Origin: Pilimelia sp.
GTDB lineage: Bacteria > Actinomycetota > Actinomycetes > Mycobacteriales > Micromonosporaceae
Direction of reading: 5' to 3'
Length of the DNA: 43,260 nt
NCBI GenBank assembly: GCA_035553735.1
Contig: DATMJT010000312.1
Span: forward strand, 1 to 43,260
The first letter of the stretch is position 1, and each line of letters starts with the position of its first letter. The notes beneath the pieces are model-generated. The model did not search any database, was not told the origin of the DNA, and worked only from the letters and a program-made list of their open reading frames with translations. The translations under genes were made by a program, and so were the position numbers. This document shows, one piece after another, positions 9,501 through 16,298 of the stretch.

Positions 9501-10492
9501 TCCTCGCCGAGCCGTCGGACCGAGTACGACCTCGCGAAGAGATCGTTGTCCGCGGGCAGTAAGCCGCGCTCCTCGGCGTAGAGCAGGAAGACCACTCGCA
9601 TGACCATGATCGTGGCGGCCCGATAGACGTCGTGGGCGCTCACCGTCGTCAGGCTCGATCGGCCGTGACGTTGGGCGCGGAGATCGTCCCAGCCGATGGC
9701 GCCGACGAGCATCTCCACCGCACGGCGGACCTGGTCGCCGAGGACCCCGGTGACCTCGGCCTGCCGGTCCAGGCCTTCCCGCACCAGAGCAGGCAGCGTC
9801 TCGTCGTCGGGAACGGCGAAGAACCGCCGTCGCTCCAGGAACGAGTAGAAGGCCCGGATCACCACCCGGTCCGCGGCCTCCGGCCACGTCGCGGTGTCGA
9901 ACACCGCCGTCGAGGTCGCGGATCCAGGCGGAGCGACCACGAGCGCGAACCACCGGCCGTCGGTGACCAATCCCAACGGGACCCGGTGATGGCGGCAGAG
10001 CCGGGCGACCCGGTCGACCGGGGTGGCCGGCCATGCGTCCGCGGTGGCACGGGCGGCGGGATGACGTCCGGGCTTCAAGGTCATGCCCAGCAGTCGCGGG
10101 ATGTCAGTGGTCGGGTCTACCAGGACGAAATCCGGCTCCACTGACGTGTGGTACTCCGGTATCACCTGTCGAAGCAGCCCCATGCCGTCGCGCCGCAGCA
10201 GGTCACCCCAGCCGCAGAAGCGGCGGAGCAGGAACTCGATCCACAGATCCGGGTCGACGTCGCCATCGGCGCGCGCCACCCGCATCATCGCCCACCACGC
10301 CGGATCGATGGATTCCAGGCTCGGCCACACCCGAGTAAGGACCGGCAGGGTGAGAAACGGTCCCGACACCGCCACCAGGGCCTGCCAGTCTTGGTGGTCT
10401 CGTTCCGGTTCGGTGCGGGAATGAACGCGACGGACCACGACAACCCCCTGGCGGTGCCTCACGGCACTAGGGACGCCCGGACGAGGAGCCAC
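6422..10492 (-). CDS. drmMI: Large Eco57I/PglX-type N6-adenine DNA methyltransferase, DrmMI-like
   Basis: 1356 aa. AdoMet motif I VADIAVGSGAFLTAACRYL. Catalytic motif IV FDAVVGNQPYLGG. Long N- and C-terminal non-catalytic regions, as in DISARM/BREX methylases. The start could be slightly downstream of 10492. Confidence 0.7.
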   Translation of the reverse strand: MAPRPGVPSAVRHRQGVVVVRRVHSRTEPERDHQDWQALVAVSGPFLTLPVLTRVWPSLESIDPAWWAMMRVARADGDVDPDLWIEFLLRRFCGWGDLLRRDGMGLLRQVIPEYHTSVEPDFVLVDPTTDIPRLLGMTLKPGRHPAARATADAWPATPVDRVARLCRHHRVPLGLVTDGRWFALVVAPPGSATSTAVFDTATWPEAADRVVIRAFYSFLERRRFFAVPDDETLPALVREGLDRQAEVTGVLGDQVRRAVEMLVGAIGWDDLRAQRHGRSSLTTVSAHDVYRAATIMVMRVVFLLYAEERGLLPADNDLFARSYSVRRLGEELERRRQESSEEDLEQSRSAWLRILALCDAIHCGVRHERLSLPTYDGPMFDPTTHPWLSQIWVDDRTVLHMLHAVQYVQLGRESRRLSFRALGVEQIGHVYEQLLAFDARRASDIVVALQWGRRGSTAEVRLAELERHDRPPRSAQERAAALARAYGEKATGSIRVLAKRLTPPQGPALVEALRLLYSATGGDRDLTDRLLPYVGVLRRDLRGLPMVIPEGGLYVTASATRANTGTLYTPADFAAEVASGALEDLVYRPGPAQTSDRSRWRVRSSAELLALRVADIAVGSGAFLTAACRYLARRLVEAWAAEGDARARELVERIERDGPPDDVEADPLTIRARRAVIQRCLFGADIDPMAVEIAKLSLWLISLDPAKPFTFLDHHLVAGDSLLGVTSLAQVEELHLDPAAGRALRDRWLGDPGRGVRELVAQVARIRRELADQADDTLPDVQWKDRRWREAQERSATARLIADLVVGAALHNAGQPDRRLNRDVVATAHLAHRITTGSPGAVDDARELADRWLSADLPAGDAPRTPLHWPLVFADVFEQGGFDAVVGNQPYLGGQKITGTLGLRYRELLVRWLGGGARGSADLVAYFVLRSHEVLTDEGVTGLIATNTLWQGDTRDVALARLLARGVTIRRATKSRPWPTPSAVLQVCQVKTAMRPASSDAVCELDGAAVSGVTASLDARSRVGGSPARLAANRATAFQGSIILGQGFTMEPEPARQLIENDPRNADVLFPYLNGKDLNSRPDCSASRWVINFHDWPQARAATYPDCYRVAERLVKPERAGNHRRSYRGCWWIYAERRPALVRALAKLDRVSVITLVSKIVMPVMVPTGQVFSHMLGVFATDDAAMLGLLSSAAHYWWAIERSSTLETRVRYTPSDVFETFARPELTGGLRRLGERLDTYRRELMLARQAGLTATYNLVHDKGAHDEDIAGLRRIHVDIDHEVMRAYGWTDLALDHDFHDTRQGTRFTVGPVARQEMLDRLLELNHARHAEEQRRDDRPRQLRLDEDGGDPPPSRR

Positions 10493-10986
10493 GGTCCGCG
10501 GCCACTGACCGAACTACCAACGCCGCGAGCGGCTCGAGTCGACGCTACGGTGTGTGTGACTGCCATGACATTGCGCTATGTGTTGCGGCTATGGTTCCTC
10601 ATCGGACGCTCATGGACAAGCCTTCTTCGGGTCGGAGTTCCGGCACGGGGTCGGTCCGACATCGAGACGGTCGCCGAGTGGGCCGGTGGAAGCCGCGGAT
10701 CTGCGGTGAAGTTGATCGAGGAACAAGCGATCTCTACGGCCGTGCACCCACCGCCCTCGCCGGACTGCTGCCGTTGTTCGACCGCACGGCCCACTCCGGT
10801 TCGCCACCTCAGGTGACACCCCGACGCTCCCTCGCCACCGGAAGCCGAAGGTCGGGGCCGCTCACCCGCGCATGGGTGTTCGCATGCTGTAACCCGAAGT
10901 CCACCACACCGCTGGTCAGCCCATTGGCCCGGGCATCGCATGATTGATTCGGACCGCGTACAGCAGCGGAGTCAGCGGTAGGCCCC

Positions 10987-11430
10987 TCATCGCTCCAACG
11001 CCTCCCCGAGCCGCTTCAACGCCTGCCGGGTGGCCGTCGACGACACCACCGTGTAGATCTCCATCGTGATCGAGAACTGTGCGTGGCGGAGGAAGCGCCA
11101 CCGCGTCGCCGCGGGCCTCCCTGTACAGCGCCGTCGCCCCGCCGGCGGTGTCGACCCCGAGCCCCTGACCGACGGCGACGGCGCGGCGCCACGGTCCGGG
11201 TGCCGCGGGCCAGCGACAGCCCCTTGTCTGGTGCACCGCGATCACGGCCGAGAGGGCCTCGGCGAAAGGGCCGGTGCGCCGGCGAACTGCTCGTTGACCA
11301 CCGAGGCCGCCTCAACCTCGGCCAGGGTGTCGTCCCAGCGGGCCGAGTGGAACCGGACAGGAGACCCCTGCACCGACCGGAGGAACGCCCGGACGGCGCC
11401 AGCCGGACCGGGCGCGGCATCCACCAATCA
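10987..11430 (-). pseudogene. Frameshifted remnant of a tyrosine recombinase (phage-type integrase), C-terminal part
   Basis: My own translation of the minus strand over 10987-11088 gives RFLRHAQFSITMEIYTVVSSTATRQALKRLGEALER-stop. This matches the usual LGH(S/A)xIxxTMxxYxHV...ALxxLG integrase C-terminus, including the catalytic Tyr. The preceding GGATALYREARGDAVA segment is in a different frame. Fragments further upstream (VRFHSARWDD) are in a third frame. Confidence 0.5.
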
Positions 11431-11608
11431 TCACCTGTCGTCACTGTCGGGCAAACCTCTGCGCGGGACCCGCCCGCGAACGCCGCCGCGGGAGGCGGGC
11501 CGGCAAAGTTCGCCGGGAAATGGCGCGAAGGGATGTCGAAAACCCCCACGTGGCTCCGTCCCCGGAGCGAACACGGCCACAATGGGCCGGAGACACAGGG
11601 AGAACATC

Positions 11609-12016
11609 ATGGCCAAGTACCTGCTGCTCAAGCACTACCGGGGTGCGCCGGCGCCGGTCAACGACGTGCCGATGGAGCGGTGGACGCCCGAGGAGATCAC
11701 GGCCCACGTGCAGTACATGCGTGACTTCGCCGCCCGACTCGAGGGCACCGGGGAGTTCGTCGACAGTCAGGCGCTGTCCCCCGAGGGCGCGTTCGTCCGT
11801 TACGGCGGCGAGGGGCGGCCGCCCGTCACCGACGGTCCGTTCGCGGAGACCAAGGACCTGATCGCCGGCTGGATGGTGATCGACGTCGAGACCTACGAGC
11901 GGGCGATCGAGCTGGCCGGCGAGCTGTCCGCCGCTCCGGGCGCGGGTGGGAAGCCGATCCATGAGTGGCTGGAGGTGCGCCCGTTCTACGGCGAGCCGCC
12001 CACGGTGACCGAGTGA
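11609..12016 (+). CDS. YciI-like DGPF-domain protein
   Basis: 135 aa: MAKYLLLKHYRG...VTDGPFAETKDLIAGWMVIDVETYERAIE. GGGAGA RBS upstream of ATG 11609. Confidence 0.85.
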   Translation: MAKYLLLKHYRGAPAPVNDVPMERWTPEEITAHVQYMRDFAARLEGTGEFVDSQALSPEGAFVRYGGEGRPPVTDGPFAETKDLIAGWMVIDVETYERAIELAGELSAAPGAGGKPIHEWLEVRPFYGEPPTVTE

Positions 12017-13158
12017 ACGAGCCGCCGCTGCGGGAGCTGGTGCCCGCGGTGATCGGTGTCCTCGTCCGCCGCGGAGCCGACTTCGCGGTGGCCGAGGACG
12101 CCGTGCAGGACGCCCTGGTCGAGGCCGTGCGGGTGTGGCCGGACGACCCGCCCCGGGACCCCAAGGGCTGGCTGGTCACCGTCGCCTGGCGCAAGTTCGT
12201 CGACGCCGCCCGCGCCGACTCCTCCCGACGGCGTCGGGAGGAGCTGGTCGACACCGAGCCCGAGCCCGGCCCGGCCCAGGCGGTGGACGACACGCTCCGG
12301 CTGTACTTCCTGTGCGCGCACCCGTCCCTGACGCCGGCCTCGGCCGTCGCGCTCACGCTGCGCGCGGTCGGCGGCCTGACCACGCGACAGATCGCGCAGG
12401 CCTACCTCGTGCCGGAGGTGACCATGGCCCAGCGAATCAGCAGGGCCAAGCGAACCGTCTCGGGCGTCCGGTTCAACCAGCCCGGGGACGTCGCCACCGT
12501 GCTGCGCGTGCTCTACCTGGTCTTCAACGAGGGCTACTCCGGCGACGTCGACCTCGCCGCCGAGGCGATCCGGCTCGCCCGCCAACTGGCGGCCCGGACC
12601 CACCACGAGGAGGTCGCGGGCCTGCTCGCGCTCATGCTGCTGCACCACGCCCGGCGCCCGGCACGGACCGGCTCCGACGGCAGGCTCGTGCCCCTGGCCG
12701 AGCAGGAACGGGGCCTCTGGGACACCCGCCTGATCACCGAGGGCGTCGAGGTGCTCCAGACGGCTCTCGCCCGCGACCGCCTGGGCGAGTTCCAGGCCCA
12801 GGCCGCCATCGCCGCGCTGCACGCCGACGCCCGCACCGCCGAGGAGACTGACTGGGTGCAGATCGTCGAGTGGTACGACGAACTGGTGCGCCTCACCGAC
12901 AGCCCGGTGGCCCGCCTCAACCGGGCCGTCGCGGTCGGCGAGGCCGACGGCCCGCGGCCCGGCCTGGCCGCCTTGGCGGAACTCGACCCCGCCCTGCCCC
13001 GCCACACCGCCGCCGCGGCGTACCTGCACGAACGGGACGGTGACCCGGTGACCGCGGCGCGGCTCTACGCCGAAGCCGCCCGGTCGGCGCCCAACCTCCC
13101 CGAACGCGATCACCTCACGAGACAGGCCGCCCGGCTCAACGCGCACCTGCGCGGGTGA
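12013..13158 (+). CDS. ECF RNA polymerase sigma factor with a long C-terminal extension (ECF42-like)
   Basis: Region 2 AEDAVQDALVEAVRVWP...GWLVTVAWRKFVD. Region 4 HTH LRAVGGLTTRQIAQAYLVPEVTMAQRISRAKR. About 200-aa helical C-terminal extension. GTGA overlap with the DGPF gene. Confidence 0.85.
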   Translation: MNEPPLRELVPAVIGVLVRRGADFAVAEDAVQDALVEAVRVWPDDPPRDPKGWLVTVAWRKFVDAARADSSRRRREELVDTEPEPGPAQAVDDTLRLYFLCAHPSLTPASAVALTLRAVGGLTTRQIAQAYLVPEVTMAQRISRAKRTVSGVRFNQPGDVATVLRVLYLVFNEGYSGDVDLAAEAIRLARQLAARTHHEEVAGLLALMLLHHARRPARTGSDGRLVPLAEQERGLWDTRLITEGVEVLQTALARDRLGEFQAQAAIAALHADARTAEETDWVQIVEWYDELVRLTDSPVARLNRAVAVGEADGPRPGLAALAELDPALPRHTAAAAYLHERDGDPVTAARLYAEAARSAPNLPERDHLTRQAARLNAHLRG

Positions 13159-13690
13159 GCGTCCCGGCAGCCGGGCATTCCGGCGCCGTCACCGGGCCGC
13201 ACGCCCACCGGCCGCGTTTCTCCCCGGCGAACCTTTCGACCGTGTCGCGGACCTCACCACCCGGCGTCTAGCCGGTCGCCCAGGCACTCGTCCGGCGTGC
13301 GTACCACCACGTGGTCGGCGGTCAGCGCGTCGACCAGCCAGAAAACCTTTCCAGCCGCCGTGAGGTCGACCCAGTAGTTCAGGACGTCGAACCCACGGCG
13401 GTCCGCCTGCACCTGGCGGCCGGCTGCCCGACCGGCGCGGCCCTGTCGGCGCAACGGCTCGCCGAGACCGAACTGGCCACCGGAGACACCGGGGCGGCCA
13501 CCCGACTGCTCGGCGAGGCCGAGAAGCTGGCCATCGGTTCGCCGGCCGTGGGCCATCTGCTGGTCCGGGTCTGGGCACCCGGATCGCACGGGCCTACGAC
13601 CGCGCCGGTCGTCCGGCCGACGCGGCGCGCCGCCGCGGTGCGAGCTGACCCGCCGGCGTCCGGCCCTGGACAGCCCAGTCCGCGGAGCGG

Positions 13691-14521
13691 TCACGCGCGG
13701 AGCAGGGAGACGTCGTACGTGAACCCGGACCGGGGTTCGTCGCCCGCCTGCGGTGGGTTCGATGAGGCGGCCACCCCGCTGCGCGGTGACGCCGATGCGC
13801 CGTCACGGCCCGCCGGGTCGTCGCGCGAGCACATCCGGACCAGCAGCACTCCGTAGCACAACAGCGCCACCAGGCGCGCCGCCTCCCACCACACCGGCAA
13901 CTCCCCGGTGCTGTTCACGCTGACCCAGTTGCTGATCGCGTGCAGGAGGGCCAGCGGCCAGATGGAGATGACGTGCAGCCGGAGCGCGGCCAGGAGGAAG
14001 CCGAAGACCGAGGCGTGCAGGACCTGAAAGGCCATGTACTCCATCGAGCGGTCGAAGAACACACCGGACAGGACGTGTCCGAGTCCGAACAGCAGGCCGA
14101 CAGTCGCCGCCTGTCGCAGCGGGGACAACGCGCGCAGCAGTTCCTGCATGACACCCCGGGCGTACAGCTCCTCGCTGACTCCCACGGACACCATCAGCAG
14201 GGCGCTGGCCGCCGCCGCCTCGACGGTCACCTCGACGCCGCGCAGGAGTTCGACGCAGATGACAAGGTAGGCGGGTGCCAACAGCCAGGGCCGGCGCGGC
14301 CACCACGACGCCAGCCAGGGCGCCCGCCACCACCGCAGGGCGGCCACGACCGCGAGCGGGACGGCGCAGGCGACCAGGTTGACCAGAACGGGGCCGACCA
14401 CGTCGAGCGGTGGGAGGAGCACGGCGGCGGCGAACAGCACCAGGTGCCACCCCAGGTTGACGCCGATGGCCGCCAGGAGCGGGAAGCGGACAGGCGCCGA
14501 GGGGCACGGAAGATCGCGCAT
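13691..14521 (-). CDS. CPBP (CAAX/Abi) family intramembrane metalloprotease
   Basis: Multi-TM protein with SEELYARG, FGLGHV and LLHAISNW motifs. ATG chosen at 14521 (MRDLPCP...). The upstream 71 codons of the 347-aa ORF look non-coding. Confidence 0.8.
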   Translation of the reverse strand: MRDLPCPSAPVRFPLLAAIGVNLGWHLVLFAAAVLLPPLDVVGPVLVNLVACAVPLAVVAALRWWRAPWLASWWPRRPWLLAPAYLVICVELLRGVEVTVEAAAASALLMVSVGVSEELYARGVMQELLRALSPLRQAATVGLLFGLGHVLSGVFFDRSMEYMAFQVLHASVFGFLLAALRLHVISIWPLALLHAISNWVSVNSTGELPVWWEAARLVALLCYGVLLVRMCSRDDPAGRDGASASPRSGVAASSNPPQAGDEPRSGFTYDVSLLRA

Positions 14522-14915
14522 TGAGCCATGGTTGCACCCGGGAGCAACCAACCCCGCGACGACCGCCAGCCGCTGGCTCAGCCGCGGTGACGTGGGCGAC
14601 TTCGGCGGGGGGGACCGGCGGACCCGCCGACACGGGGTTGACCAGAGGAGTGTCAGCAGTGGCGACCGGTGCGGCGGACCCGGGCGGCACCAGCGCCGAT
14701 GTGCGCAAGCGCGCCCACAGTGGACGGTGACCACCGCGGTCGGAACGTTGATGATCTCCCGAAGGGTTGCGCTGCCCGTTACGGCCCACGAAGCGCGTTC
14801 CTGTACGGCTGGCGGACACCCTTACGCCGACCGCGTCGGCCGGTTCGCTCCACCCCGCTGGGGTGCGGTGCGCCGGTATGGTGTCCACGTGTCGACCCAC
14901 TCCGCCGAGCACCCG

Positions 14916-15275
14916 ATGTCCCCGGCACCGCTGCGCGAGCGGCTGCGGAAGGCGCTGCCCGCCGCGATGAGGGCACGCGACCGCGCGGCGGTGTCGGCGC
15001 TGCGGTCTGCGCTGGCGGCGATCGACAACGCCGAAGCCGTCGACCGCCCGACCTCGGCGGATCACGGCTTGGCGATCGGCGAGACTCCGCGCGGAGCCGG
15101 CGCCGCCGACGTCGCCCGCCGGACGCTGAGCGATGCGGACGTGGAGCGCATCGTGCGGATGCAGGTGGCCGAGTCGCGCGCGGCCGCCGCCACCTATGAG
15201 CGGGCCGGGGAGACCGCCCGCGCGGAGATCATGCGTGCCCAGGCCGCCGCGCTGGAAACCCACCTGACTGGCTGA
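14916..15275 (+). CDS. GatB/YqeY domain-containing protein
   Basis: MSPAPLRERLRKALPAAMRARDRAAVSALRSALAAIDNAEAV...; helical, about 120 aa. Alternative GTG start at 14889. Confidence 0.7.
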   Translation: MSPAPLRERLRKALPAAMRARDRAAVSALRSALAAIDNAEAVDRPTSADHGLAIGETPRGAGAADVARRTLSDADVERIVRMQVAESRAAAATYERAGETARAEIMRAQAAALETHLTG

Positions 15276-15356
15276 CGCCTCGGCGCGTGGGGACACCCGT
15301 CTGGGGGCGCCGCGGCGGACACCCGGCTCGGATCGGGTTGTTCCGGCGGGCACGTG

Positions 15357-16223
15357 CTACCGGCGGACCGCCGTGCCGATCCGGCCGGGCGGTGGTGGCG
15401 GCGGGGCCAGGAACTCCCGGGCGCCGCGCAGGCGTACCCGCAGCAGCGCCGCCGCCCGGTCCAGGCGCAGCCGGACGTCCAGCGGGCGCGGCAGGCCGGT
15501 GTCCGCGCTGCGCGCGGCGGGCAGCGTCGTGGGGTCCAGTCCGTCCCGCCGGGCCACCAGGAGGCCCAGCTCGTAGCGGCTGACCGCATCGGCGCCGGCC
15601 ACGTTGAGCACGCCCCGGTGACCGTTGTCGGCCAGCTCGACCAGCGCCTCCGCCAGGTCGTCGACGTGCACCGGCGTACGGATCTCGTCGGTGAACAGGG
15701 CGCCGCGCCACTGGCCGGCGGCCAGCCGGTGGGTGAGCAGTTCGGCGCCGCCGTGCCCGTCCCCCATGATCAGCGAGGTCCGGACCACGGCCGCGTCGGG
15801 CGCGACGGCCCGTACGGCGGTCTCGGCGGCGGCCTTGGCGGCCCCGTACGGGTTCACCGGATCGGGTAGCGCCGTCTCGTCGTAGTGCACGTCGCGGCCG
15901 GAGAACACCGCGTCGGTGGAGACGTGCACGAGCCGGACGCCCAGCGCCGCGGCGGCCACCGCGACGTGTGCGGCGCCGTCGGCGTTACTGCGCCAGTCGT
16001 TGCGGTCCCGCCCGGCCGCGGCGTGCAGCACCACATCGGGCCGCACCCGGCGCAGCAGCCGGCTGACCCCGTCCGGGTCGCGGATGTCGAGCCGCTCGTC
16101 GGCGGTGTCGGCCGGCGTGGCGAGGTAGGTGCCGACCGGGGACCAGCCGGCGGCCGCGGCGTGCCGCACCACCCGGCTGCCCAGGTAGCCGCTGGCTCCG
16201 GTGACCAGCATCCGTCCCGGCAT
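15357..16223 (-). CDS. NAD(P)-dependent sugar-nucleotide reductase/epimerase (RmlD-like extended SDR)
   Basis: N-terminal Rossmann motif MLVTGASGYLGSRV. Overall 288-aa RmlD-substrate-binding-like layout (HVSTDAVF, NPYGAAKAAAE). Confidence 0.75.
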   Translation of the reverse strand: MPGRMLVTGASGYLGSRVVRHAAAAGWSPVGTYLATPADTADERLDIRDPDGVSRLLRRVRPDVVLHAAAGRDRNDWRSNADGAAHVAVAAAALGVRLVHVSTDAVFSGRDVHYDETALPDPVNPYGAAKAAAETAVRAVAPDAAVVRTSLIMGDGHGGAELLTHRLAAGQWRGALFTDEIRTPVHVDDLAEALVELADNGHRGVLNVAGADAVSRYELGLLVARRDGLDPTTLPAARSADTGLPRPLDVRLRLDRAAALLRVRLRGAREFLAPPPPPPGRIGTAVRR

Positions 16224-16298
16224 GGACGACCCTCTCTCTATTGCGGTCGTGGCGTGCGGCGAGGCCCGTGATGGATGGCTCTCGACGAGTCGACGCGG

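Noticed and set aside
10552-10947. ORFs of 69-222 aa in the 10493-10986 gap, such as 10552-10947(+) and 10576-10941(-).
   Set aside because: The translations are Arg/Cys/Ser-rich with no domain-like pattern, several frames overlap each other, and local GC is atypical. I treated the gap as non-coding island-border DNA.
13254-13694. Possible small gene on the minus strand (C-terminus ...FDVLNYWVDLTAAGKVFWLVDALTADHVVVRTPDECLGDRLDAGW), and an opposing plus-strand fragment (13400-13570, ...AALSAQRLAETELATGDTGAATRLLGEAEKLA...).
   Set aside because: Both strands show coding-like GC3 over different sub-segments. Neither gives a complete ORF with a credible N-terminus or a motif I recognise. The region probably holds decayed gene fragments, so I did not call a feature. 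blastx would settle it.
15357-16223. RmlD-like SDR gene as a fourth member of the Nudix-nucleosidase-TM operon.
   Set aside because: A 75-bp gap separates it from the rest, unlike the overlapping junctions of the other three genes, and its housekeeping-type sugar-nucleotide reductase motifs give no support for a functional link. It cannot be excluded without transcript data.
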